From assembly GCA_951406725.2 (NCBI GenBank), contig OX597832.1:5022001-5086000 (forward strand): a stretch of 64,000 nucleotides of DNA, in the 5' to 3' direction. Within the stretch, counting starts at the first letter, position 1; each line of letters starts with the position of its first letter. Of this stretch, positions 51,012 to 63,704 are shown piece after piece. Made by a program: the position numbers and the translations under genes. Origin of the DNA: Octopus vulgaris (taxonomy: Eukaryota). Under the pieces are notes generated by a model. The model had not been told where the DNA came from. It made no database searches and was given only the letters and a program-made list of their open reading frames with translations.

Positions 51012-51300
51012 AGTCTATCTATCTATCCGCTCAGTCGAAGTCGACTCTCAGTCACTCGTTGGATCAGTGTCCTCCAGTCAGTTCTATCCTGGGCTGCTTC
51101 TTTCAGATTGGCTATGTCCGTTCCGGTATCACTCTTGATGGTGTCAAGCCAGCGGGTTCTTGGTCGGCCTCTTCCTCTCTTGCCACTGACCATTCCGAGC
51201 ATGATGTCCTTCTCCAGGGATTTTCTCCGCATAATATGACCGAAATATGCCAATCTATGCTTGGTGATCCTAGCTTCTAGCGACATTTTTGGCCTGATCT
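51012..51300 (-). mobile_element. RTE/BovB-like LINE 3' end with (TAGA)n tail
   Basis: SLEARITKHRLAYFGHIMRRKSLEKDIMLGMVSGKRGRGRPRTRWLD...QDRTDWRTLIQRVTESR. Confidence 0.85.
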
Positions 51301-53553
51301 GAGTACTGTATATAATAAGTTCATTACTATTTAATATCATGAAAAATGAAGGAAAATGGGTGGCAAGAATTTTAAGTTCTCCCAAATATTCTCAACAACA
51401 CTAAGACTAAGAACAATAAAGTTCTTATTGTGGATCAGCATGAGAGTTTTCAGAAAGAATATCACTTACATATCAAAGTGTGTTTTTTTTTCATGTCAAA
51501 ACTATAATCTATACCGACTTAATTTTCTACATAAGTCTATATTCCTCAGTGGTTGGTTTTGCTTCAAGATGTTGATTGCATTTCAGTTGAATTAGAATCA
51601 TCTTTTTGTTGAGCTGTTCTTCATATTTATGTAATGAAGTGTGGTGGGTTGATAGGAAAAGGGAGGTGGTTTAGTAAGAATTAACCATGGATAGTTGTTT
51701 TATATTTTACTTCTTTCAGTCATTGGATTGTCGCCATGCTGAGGTACCACCTTGAAGAATTTTAGTCAAACTTACCAACTTATTATTTTTAGTAAAGCTT
51801 GGCACTTGTTCAGTTGGTCTCTTTTGCCAAATTACTAAGTTACAGGGATGTAAACATACCATCACCAGTTCTTAGGTGGTGGTGAGGAACAAACCCACAA
51901 AGAAAAAACATACATAGATATATACATATATGACTGGCTTCTTTCAAGTTCTGTCTCCTAAATTCACTCACAAGGCTTTGGTCAGCTTGAAGCTATAGAA
52001 GACACTTGCCCAAGTTGCCATGCAGTGAAACTGAACCTGGAATCTTGTGGTTGGGCACCAAACTTTTACCACACAGCTACGCTTGTACCTGTAAATGGAA
52101 AAATAGGCTGAATATTTTCACGTTATGAAAATATGCAGTTGTGTCCCTTTGTATGTCAAGTTTAAAACTTGCTGGAATGAACTTAACATTTTCTCTTCCC
52201 TCCTCCTCTCTCGCCGTCACCACTTCCTCTATCACCACATTCTTCACCACTCTTCTTCTCTTCTTCCCCCTCCCCCTTCTCCTTTGTTACTTCTCTTCTT
52301 CCATATTCTCTATCTCCACCCTGCCTTAGCCTCTCCACCTCTTTCACCTCTCCCAGTTGCTCCACCTTCCCACCATTTCTCCCTCCTCCACTTCCAGTCT
52401 CCCCTCCCCTCATTCAACTCCTCCCCCTTACCCACCTCCATTTGTGTGTGTGTACTTTATATATACATATGACAGCCTTTCAGTCTCTTGTCTATTTATT
52501 CCACTCACAGTATATATGCTTTGGGCTGTAGTAGAAGACAATGAGCCAAACAGTAGGAATGAACCAGAAACAATATGATTGGGAGGTTATATATGTGTGT
52601 GTGAGTGTGTGTGCAATATATATATATATATATTTTGGGTCATCCCATAAATAATGTGGACTTTTTCAATTGCATGAACTAAAAGTTGGAGGGGGATGGG
52701 ATAAACTGTCTACATCAACTTGCTATAAAAACAGGTAGTAATTTTACTTTGTCCTTATTCTTAGTGCAAGTTTTGAAGAGTGCAGTTCGATTTTTATCAG
52801 TTGTTTTTCAAAGCTTTAATGGAAATGACAGAGGAACATATTTGGCATATTTCGCTTTATGAGTTCAGAGTTCAATAAAGGCAACAGCACAACAGAAAGT
52901 GCGAGGAATATTAATGCAGTATATGGGGATTGGACAATAAGCATAAACCAGTGTCAGTGGTGGTTCCAGAAATTCCAAGCTGGAAACTATAGCCTAGAAG
53001 ACAACCCTCATCCTGGAAGATCTGTAGAGCTTCATGAGGACGTCTTGCAAACCCTGGCGGAACAAAATCCCATCATAACTGGTGAGGAACTAGAAGAGGT
53101 GCTTAGATTTGGTCATTCAACCATTTGACACCTGCATGCCATCAGAAAAGTCAGCAAATTCGATCAATGGGTTCCTCACAAACTTTCCGAGTCTAATCGC
53201 GCACAGAGAGTGAATGTATGCTCTTCTTTGTGGTCACATCTCATGAATGAACCACTTTTGGACTAAATAGTGACTGGTGACAAGAAATGGGTTTTCTATA
53301 AAAATGTCAAGCACTAAAGACAGTGGGTAGGGAAAGGAGAAACACCAGCACCTCAGGCTAAAGAAGGTCTTCACCCACATAAGGTGTTGTTATCTGTTTG
53401 GTGGCATATGAAAGTTTTAGTCCACTTTCAACTTTTAAACCCAAACCAAATGGTAACAAAGGAGATCTGCTGCAAGCAACTTGAGCTGCTTAAGTCAGTG
53501 CTTGAAGAAAAACAACCATCTTTGGTTTCAAGACAAAAAGTGTTCTTCCATCA

Positions 53554-53610
<57 letters not shown>

Positions 53611-53614
<4 letters not shown>

Positions 53615-54476
53615 AGATAAGAAAATGGAGAAATACATCTAAATCAAATATCAATTATCAGATAATACTCAATCACATACTTTATTATACCACCACATAA
53701 GAGACTGTAGGGTTAAACATAAAAAAGCAGAACAAATCAGTGTACACAAAGGAATGTACATAAAAGAGTAATGTTGTATAATAAGTAGAATATATACAAA
53801 AAAGAGAATATAAATATAAGTAAATATAAATATAAGTATAGATTACATCTTACAGCTGTTTCGGCCATGTAGATAAGTATGTCTCATTTTACCAATATTA
53901 GCCTTTTATGGTGGGTCAATATATGGATATAAATGAGACATTTACAAAAGTATCATAAGGCCTCTTCGGAGGTATACATATACATATGAGTGCATATACT
54001 CACACTCCTATACATATAAAAATATACATATACATAATAATGTAAATAAATAATATAAATTAGTAAACATATATATGTTCCACATCCAATGTTTCAGTTT
54101 TTCAACTTAATATTGTGATAATAAACATACACATATTAGTACCTCTCATTTATATCGATATATTGACCCACCATAAAAGGTAAAATGAGACATTCTTATT
54201 TACATGGCCGAAACAGCTGTAAGATGTAATCTATACTTATATTTATATTTACTTATATTTATATTCTCTTTTTTATATATATTCTACTTATTATACAACA
54301 TTACTCTTTTATGTACACTTTTTTATGTACATTCCTTTGTGTACTTTGATTTGTTCTGCTTTTTTATGTTTAACCCTACAGTCTCTTATGTGGTGGTTTA
54401 ATAAAGTATGTGATTGAGTATTATCTGATAATTGATATTTGATTTAGATGTATTTCTCCATTTTCTAATCTTGTAT
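53611..54476. mobile_element. Inverted pLTR pair (about 330-bp arms) of a PLE relic
   Basis: 53611-53938 mirrors 54144-54476 at high identity; inserted at a (TA)n site inside the mariner. Confidence 0.8.
53846..53974 (-). ncRNA. Hammerhead motif with U4C core variant and long loop II
   Basis: tacct-CCGAAGA-ggcc...ggcc-GAAA-cagct-GTA-agatg; its 3' half is duplicated on plus at 54206-54226. Confidence 0.55.
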
Positions 54477-55961
54477 TAGTAATTTGTGGTAAATCATTTT
54501 ACCTTTGCCCATATAATACAGTAAATGAATTGATTGCATCGCAATCCTTAGCATTTATGTATTAACTTTGTTGGGTACTTCACTAGCAGTATATTGGATA
54601 TATGTTATCCCATGGAGGGTTGCATTTACAACCCCTATCTCAATTTGTAACTATATATATATATATATATATATAATTATGTGTTTTGTGTGTCTGTGTT
54701 TGTACACCCACCATCGCTTGACAACTGATGTTGGTGGTTTACGATTAGTCTACATACAGCGAAGATGATATTCCAGAGGCTGGAGGAGTTTGAATGGGAA
54801 ACAATGCCCTACCCACCATATTCGCCAGACATTGCACTATCTGAATATAATTTATTCAGCAGTCTTGAAAATGATTTGGATGGAAAAAATATGAATAATG
54901 TAAACAAGGTCAGAACAGTTCTGGGCCAGGTAGATGGAAGAGTATTGTAGAAAATGAAGGAGTGTACCTCCAACACACACTCATACAGACACGCACACAA
55001 TTACACATACATGGGCATAAACACACATGCATGTAATCTCATGCCTGCACGCACATACACACAGGAACACACGAATACCCCTACACAAACCCCATGCACA
55101 CATGCATTCACAAACTCACATAGACATACATACATATACATGCACACACAATGTATACATACATGCACACACATACACACATATAGACACATACATGCAC
55201 ACACACGCACACAAATGCACATGTATAAATATATAGACTGAACACAGGACCATGTGCTTTGGAACCAAGTTTCTTACTACACAACCACTGCACCTGCACC
55301 TGTATATATGTGTGTGTGTGTGTGTGTATATATGTACGCATATATATGTATAAATATATGTATGCATCTATATATGAGTATATATGTGTGTACATATTAC
55401 ATATACATCTATATATATATATACATATATACACATACATATATAAGTACACATATATTGTGTATATATGTATGTGTATATATGTATTTATATATAGCTG
55501 TATATGTAATATGTATGCACATATATACATACACACATAGGTGCAGGTGTGGTTGTGTGGTAAGGAAGTTGGTTCCAAAGCACATGGTCCTGGGTTCATT
55601 CCCACTCTGTGGTAACTTGGCATGTGTCTTCTGCTATAGCCTCAGACCAACCAAAGTCTTGTGAGTGGATTTGGTAGACAGAAACTGAAAGAAATGAATC
55701 ATATATATATGTATATATTTAAGTGTATGTGTGTGTTTTTTTATGTCTATGTTTCTCCCTCATCACTGTTGGTTTATTTACATTCCCATAACTTACTGGT
55801 TTGACAAGAAGAGACTGATGGAATAAGTACCAGGTTTATCAAAATAAAAAAAAATCACCTAAGTCGATTCATTCGACAAAAAATTCTTCAAAGCAGTGAC
55901 TCATATTTTTGTTGGCCCACTCAATTGTGTCTATGAATCTACCTTTCTGTGTGTATATATA

Positions 55962-55993
<32 letters not shown>

Positions 55994-56735
55994 TCAAACA
56001 TACATATATACATGTTATTATATGTGCATATATGTATCTATTATATAAAAGTCAATGTTTTTATGTGTATTTGTGTGTTACTTACACATTCAAAAACTAC
56101 TGCACCCCTCCTAATGAAATTTGGAACATAAAATCCAAGCCTAGAGCAAAGGGTAATGCTGTATGTTTCATACAATTTCATGGACCAAAATTACTGAATA
56201 GATCCTTATGATATTTGGGATTTAGATTCAATGCATAAGGACGGGTATAATGCAGTATGTTTGGTTTGAATTTGCGGTGGCTTAAAGGGAGCAGAACCCC
56301 CTGTGAAAATTCATAAGTTTCTTTTATTGATGAAATTACAACCATAGGTAAGTGATACACATCAAGAAATATTCCCAAAGTTTCCGCTTCTCATGAGGAT
56401 TCTAAGACCCCCTAATGGGGGCTTAACTCCCAAATTTTAGTAATATTTTATGATCCAAAACAAAATCATAAGTACTGAATGGATCATGATGCATGCATAT
56501 ATATATATATATATATATATAACATAAGGGACTAAAGCCATCTGAATATGGCTAGGGACAGGGCAGGGTGGATATTTATATATAGATTTTCAAGCAAAAT
56601 ACATTTGCTGATTTCGAAAATCTGTTCGACAGCAATAATAATTCTCTAAATGAGATATAGACAGTAACTGCTCTATAACATAAGGGACTAAAGCCATCTG
56701 AATATGGCTAGGGACAGGGCAGGGTGGTGGGGGTG

Positions 56736-57309
56736 TTACTGTTGCATTTAGCCCCAGGCGAACATCAACGTCGCCAGATAGGCTTGACACCATCACGGCG
56801 TCCTCTATCCTGCAAAGGGAGATAATTCCCCGATGAAGCGGAAACCACACACGGACCTAGGTTTCAAGGTGTTTGCCTATTATCAACGTATGGTAGGCGC
56901 CGCTTCCTCGACGAACAACCCACTCTGCAGGATATTTATATATAGATTTTCAAGCAAAATACATTTGCTGATTTCGAAAATCTGTTCGACAGCAATAATA
57001 ATTCTCTAAATGAGATATAGACAGTAACTGCTCCATAACATAAGGGACTATTATTGCTGTCGAACAGATTTTTGAAATCAGCAAATGTATTTTGCTTGAA
57101 AATCTATATATAAATATCCTGCAGAGTGGGTTGTTCGTCGAGGAAGCGGCGCCTACCATACGTTGATAATAGGCAAACACCTTGAAACCTAGGTCCGTGT
57201 GTGGTTTCCGCTTCATCGGGGAATTATCTCCCTTTGCAGGATAGAGGACGCCGTGATGGTGTCAAGCCTATCTGGCGACGTTGATGTTCGCCTGGGGCTA
57301 AATGCAACA

Positions 57310-57313
<4 letters not shown>
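56736..57313. repeat. 265-bp near-perfect inverted repeat, 48-bp spacer
   Basis: 56736-57000 versus 57049-57313; one mismatch seen (G at 56976 opposite T); right arm is followed by (TAA)n. Confidence 0.92.
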
Positions 57314-57344
<31 letters not shown>

Positions 57345-57499
57345 TGTGTACAGTGCTCAGGTGCACTACAACTCATCTAAAGTGTATATATAATCAGGTG
57401 TAGTTATATCCACCCTGCCCTGTCCCTAGCCATATTCAGATGGCTTTAGTCCCTTATGTTATGGAGCAGTTACTGTCTATATCTCATTTAGAGAATTAT

Positions 57500-57531
<32 letters not shown>

Positions 57532-57873
57532 CACACATATACAAACATATGTATACATATGACCTGTTCACTGACAAAATTTTAGTCATATTTTATGACT
57601 GAGAGAAAACAGAGGGTAGATGCTACCCTCTGTTTTCTCTCAGCCTTAAATATACAAAGGATTTGATAAACTAGTCTATAAATTAAAACTGACCCTATAA
57701 AAAAAACAAAATATCAGAAAAATCAGTGACATGCAGTATCTTTTTGAAAAAAGTTTCAGTTACAACTATGATGTTGTTGATACATGTTCTTTGTCTATCT
57801 CCTTAACTTCTTGGAGATTTTAGTTAAAATTATACTAATGTGTCCTGTTCTAATTTAATTAAATTCTGTGTCT

Positions 57874-57968
57874 ATGCAGCTGAAGATTGCTCTATTTTTT
57901 AAATTGATGTAATGAAATGAGTGCATTGTTTCAATTAAATGGAGTTGCATGAAACGATCATACTGCAT
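57874..57968 (+). ncRNA. Hammerhead-like motif, second copy of the 33259 motif
   Basis: atgcag-CTGAAGA-ttgc...gcat-GAAA-cgatc-ATA-ctgcat. Confidence 0.5.
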
Positions 57969-57998
57969 TACCTCTGGATATCCTTGTTGCTTATTTTG

Positions 57999-58068
<70 letters not shown>

Positions 58069-58851
58069 ACGGTGTTAGGTATGATGTACAGAATTGAATA
58101 TTACATTTTAAGTCTTACATTTATTTTTTAGATAACAGGATTCTTGTTTAGAAAAACTGCAAAGATATTTTATATTTCTCTCAGATTTAGTTTTAAATTG
58201 ATCATTTACTGTAGAATTAAATTCATTTCCACCAAGTTCTTTATTACTATTTACTCTTTTAGATAATGTTATCTTTCTTCTAATTCTAGCTAAACTTCTA
58301 TTTTATTGGACTTATGTTAAATTGGGTTGTTTCCCTTTCAGTGATTTTAAAATTCTTAATGTTCTCTTGTATTTGAGATTTTTTAATCCGTGTAATGTTA
58401 TTATGCTTAATATTTATTATGCTACTCTGATTATAATAGCCATTTTGAATTTTTGATATTATTTTAACATTATGTGTTGCTATAATTTGTGCACTGTTTT
58501 TGCTAAGGCAATTAGCTATGTAAACCTTATGCTTATTAAAAATTCTTTAATATTTATGATTGCACAAGTACAACAAAGTGCAAATGTATTGAGAGAAAAG
58601 ATGTGCATAAGAGGAATTAAATATAGCATGCAAGAGAGAAGACTATGTTGGTTTGGACATGTGATGCACATGAATAAGGACAGATGCATAAGAAGAGCTG
58701 ATCACTGAAAGTGGATGATACCTGCAGAAGAGGGAGGCCCAGGGAGGTGTGGGATGTAGTGGTAAGGACCAGTCACAGGATATTGGGCTTAACAGAGGAA
58801 ATGACAATGAACCAAGCTGTCTTGCAATATGAGGATCTTGAGGAGAAGCAT

Positions 58852-59200
58852 TGTGTGTCCCACCCATGCATAACAAGAAAACTTCTCACACACTCTACCA
58901 CAACAAACCAAACTACATCTCTACATCTCTACTCTTTCTCACATTTCTGCTTCATGCATTATGCTTACCTCCCACTCCCCAATCCTGTCCTATTGGTCCT
59001 GTCTCACTGTATCATTGCTATCTGCTAACCTGTGTGTTTCACCTGCAAGTATAAAGAAAACTTTTAACACACCCTACCACAACAAACCAAATGACATCTC
59101 TACATCTCTTCTCTTCCTCACATTTCCTCCTTCATGCACTATGTCTACCTCTCATTTCCCAATCCTGTCCTCATGGTCCTGTTTCTCTGTATCATTGCTA
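58852..59200 (+). repeat. Tandem duplication of an about 178-bp unit following an RTE 3' fragment (58570-58850)
   Basis: ...CTACCACAACAAACCAAA...CCCAATCCTGTCCT...CTGTATCATTGCTA occurs twice. Confidence 0.75.
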
Positions 59201-62200
59201 GCTGGTAGTCCTCCCTCACTTCCCTTCCGCACTCTTTAATCACACTTCTTTGGCAGTATCCTGCCACTTATATTATGATGATTGAACCTCAAGGGTATGC
59301 CCTGGCACTTGCCACCATCGATATCTCTCTTTTCCTTTACTCTACCATCCCATTCATATTTTGGTCCCCATTCCTTGTGAGTATACCTGGCACTTTGCCA
59401 CCATCTCTATCCTGCTGTCTCCCACCCTCTCTCCTGCACTTCCCTCAAGTTGGGTAACCATGTACCTCCATTGTGGTAGCACACCTATTTCTGTCTTCAT
59501 TCCTGATCTTTCTCGCTCCTACTCTCTCTCGTGCACTTTCTCCAGGTAATCTTGTACCTCCTTTACAGCAAGACACATGTCTCTGTCTCACTTTAACCTT
59601 TCATCATCGAACACAAGATCACCTCTTTCAATGCCCCCTCTCTTCTTGAAAGATTTTTGCCTTGCAAGTTACTTGGTGACCCTGTCAGTGTAGGTGCCTC
59701 TTAAAAGCACCTAGTTCACACTGCAAAGTGGTTGGTGTTTTGAAAGGCATCCAGATGTAAAAACCTTGCCAAAACTGACCTTGCCTTTGCTTGTGCCATG
59801 TAAAAAGCACTAAGTCCACTCTGCTGGGTGGTTGGTGTAAGGAAATGCATCCAGCTGTAAAAGTCTAGTGCAGGCTCCTGTCAAACTGTCCCACCCATGC
59901 CAGCATGGAAGGCAAACATTAAATGATGATGATGGTATCTATACATATATACACACACACACACACATATATATGTACATACATTATATACATATATATA
60001 TATATATATATGTTCTTTTATTCTTTTACTTGTTTCAGTCATTTGACTGCAGCCATGCTGGAGTACTGCCTTTAGTCAAACAAATCAGCCCCAGGACTTA
60101 TTCTATTGGTCTCTTACTGAACAGCTAAGTGACGGAGACATACACACGCCAGCATCGGTTGTCAGGTGTTGGTGGTGGTGGTGGTGAGGGGACACACAAG
60201 CATACACACACACACACATATATATACAATGGGCTTCTTTCAGTTTCCATCTACCAAATCCTCTCACAAGGCTTTGGTTGGCATGAGGCTATAGTAGAAG
60301 ACATTTGCCCATCGTGCCACGCAGTGGGACCAAACCTGGAACCATGTGGTTGGCAAGCAAGCTACTTACCACACAACCACTCCTGCGCCTGATATATCAT
60401 CATCATTGTCATCGTTTAATGTCCACTTTCCATGCTGACATGATTTGGACGGTTTGACTGAGGGCTGGCATGCCAGATGGCTACACCAGTCTTCAATCTG
60501 ATCTAGCAAAGTTTCTAAAGCTGGATGCCCTTCCTAACACCAACCACTCCAAGAGTGTAGTGGGTGCTTTTATGAGCCACCGGCACGAGGGCCAGTCAGG
60601 TAGTACTGGCATCAGCCACGCTCAAAAGGTGCTTTTTACATGCCACCTGCACAGGAGCCAGTCTGGCGGCACTGGCAATGAGCATGCTCAAATGGTGCTT
60701 TTTTACGTGCCACCGGCACAGGAGCCAATCAGTGGCCCTGGCAACAATCATGCTCGAATGGTGCTTCTAACGTTCCACTGGCATGGGTGCCAATCAGGCA
60801 GTACTGTCATCGGCCACGACAGCAATTCCACTTGCCTCAGAGATACCCTGCTTTGCCTGTGTCACATGGAATTGAAGAATTAGACTTTTCTTTTATATTC
60901 TCTCTAATAAACTGGAATGCCTATGATTCAAATTTCATCAAAATTGCAGAATTTTAATGGTCATTCTTTCCCTCTATACATACCATAACAAAAATTCTGA
61001 TCATGACATATTTATCCCATACTACTCATCTTTATGCCGAGATTCCAAAATCCAAATCTTATAAAACCTATTGAATGGATTTTGCTCCTGAAAAATGGAG
61101 AGCATGGAGCTTTAAAATGTGCGAGTTAAGGCCCCTATTAGGGGTGGGGGTTTGAAAGTTACCCAGAGAAGTTGAATTGTTGTTTCATATCAATTGTTCA
61201 AATTTCTTTAAAATCGGAAATATATGCATGTTCACTGGGTTTGTGAAAGAGAGCAAAGCTACAGGAAACCAAAAGAAGAATGATCACAATAAACAGTCAG
61301 CTACCCTACCCTAGCCATTACCACTCCCCAATGTAGGATTCCTCACCATACAGGTGACTGGCATAGCCGTAAGATGCATTATAGATCTATAGCAATAGGA
61401 AGGGTGTGACCCAACTCAAATAAGTATTAACAACTGTGTGACATGAGGGCGAAGGGGAAATGAAAGTGCCACCTCTAGAGTTTGCCAATGATCACTATGC
61501 CAATATGCAATTGAACAGAATAAATTTGCAATCTATAAATCTCTTTGAATGACTAATCACTTATCTGAAAAGGCCTTGACATCAATGTTACCACCTGGGG
61601 ACTATCTCTGACCCAGTGATAATAAAAAAACTCAGAGGAGGTCTGCAACCAAATAACTTCACTCAAAATAACAATTTGCAACTGAATCAAAGCAGGCAAA
61701 GATGCATCTCCTTTACTTGACAATTTATGCACCACATTACAGAAATCACAATCTAAGTATATCTCAAAGCAAACTCTTACACTGTTGTACCATTGAATTA
61801 CAAATAATGCTCATCTTGTATGCTCGGGTGAGTCTAGAGCTTCCAAGACTACAATTGTATTCGTCTTGGCTTAGGAAAAACAACTAAATAGTGGTGATTA
61901 AGAAGTCTTACTAACTTCTTCGAAGTTGAAATTTTAGGAATATTACTTCATTTGTGTCTAATATCTATGGTTAAATTTCATCAACAGCAAAAATATATGA
62001 ATTTTCATGAGGGTTATGGCCCCATTTATGCCCCCTCACTTTCAAACATACACTGCATTACATCTGTCTTTATGCATAGAATATAATTTCCAAATTTCAT
62101 AAAGATCCATTCAGTACTTTTGACCTTGTTTTGGATCATTAAAAAAAAATGACTAAAATTTTGGGAGTACAGGCCTCCACTAAGGGGTCTTAGAATCCTC

Positions 62201-63026
62201 ATGAGAAGCGGAAACTTTGGGAATACATCTTGATGTGTATCAATTGCCTATGGTTGAAATTTCATCAACTTCAGAAATTTATGAATTTTCATGGGAGGTT
62301 CACCTCAAATTCAAACCAAACATACTGTATTATACCCGTCCTTATGCATTGAATCTAAATCCCAAATATCACAAGGATCTATTCAGTAATTTTGGTCCAT
62401 GAAATTGTATGAAACATACGGCATTATCCTTTGCCCTAGGCTTGGATTTTGTGTTGCAAATTTCATTAGGAGAGGTGTGGTAGTTTTTGAATGTGTAACA
62501 CACAAACACACATAAATACATTGATTTTAATGTAGTAGATATATATATGCACATATAATAACATGTATATATGTATGTTTGTGTGTGTGTGTTATGTATA
62601 TATACACAGAAAGATAGATTGATAGATACAATTGAGTGGGCAAGCAAAAATATGAGACACTTCCTTGAAGAATTTTTTGTCAAATGAATCAAACGCTATA
62701 TTTTTTTTTTATTTTGATAAGCATAGTACTTATTCTATCATTCTCTTCTTGTCAAACCAGTAAGTTATGGGGATGTAAATAAGCCAACACCAGTTGTGAA
62801 GCAGTGATGAGGGTGAAACACAGACACAAAAACACACACATACACTTACATATATACATATATATACGATTCATTTCTTTCATTTTCTCTCTACGAAACC
62901 CACTCAAAAGACTTTGGTCGGTCTGAGGCTATAGCTGAAGACACATGCCAAGTTACCACACAGTGGGAATGAACCCAGGACTATGTGCTTTGGAACCAAC
63001 TTCCTTACCACACAGTCACACCTGCA

Positions 63027-63107
<81 letters not shown>

Positions 63108-63704
63108 GTATGTACATGTATATATGTATATATATATGTATAAATATATGTATGCATGTATTTGCTACAATTCTTTCAACACAACGTAGTTCTCCAATAA
63201 TACAGATATTTGATTATGCAACTGTTTATTTGCATAATGAGATCTAGTTGTATTTCCTCAGGTGATATTCACATGTGTCAAATGCTTTATTTTGGGGTTT
63301 GAAGTATATAATAATACTACCTATACTAATGGGTTATTCTGAAGGTGGATGAGCTCTGTACTGTACTTGAATACATTCTTAACAGAATATAACAAAACTA
63401 TATATATATGTATATACTGTTGTGTCTGGGGAGAGTCATTTTCTGCGTCTTGCAACCTTTTCAATAGTTTTGACTCTCTGAGAGAAAACGAAAATTTTAG
63501 GAAAATAAAAATAAGGAAAAAGTGGAAATTTTGCCAGTGAGTGTGTTATATTATAAGGCACAAAAAGAAAATGACTCTCCCCAGACACAACAGAATATGC
63601 TTCAACACACGAACTCATATAAAGAATCTTGCAAACCAAATCCCAAAACGAAATATATATATATCATCATCATCATCATCATTATCGGTTCACACACACA
63701 TATA

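Larger units (their letters stand above)
52635..54950 (+). mobile_element. Mariner (DD34D-type) transposase pseudogene split by an insertion at about 53558-54760
   Basis: WFQKFQAGNYSLED, QWVPHKL, IVTGDKKWV, VLLSVWW, FFHQD, then after the insertion YPPYSPDIALSEYNLF. Confidence 0.9.
55537..63031. repeat. Long inverted duplication: 55537-56485 versus 62104-63031
   Basis: ORFs 56178-56378(-) and 62217-62402(+) encode nearly the same peptide; the same SINE-microsatellite-unique order is mirrored. Confidence 0.85.

Noticed and set aside
52125-52472. Pro/Ser/His-rich and Glu/Gly-rich ORFs
   Set aside because: Pyrimidine-rich low-complexity tract.
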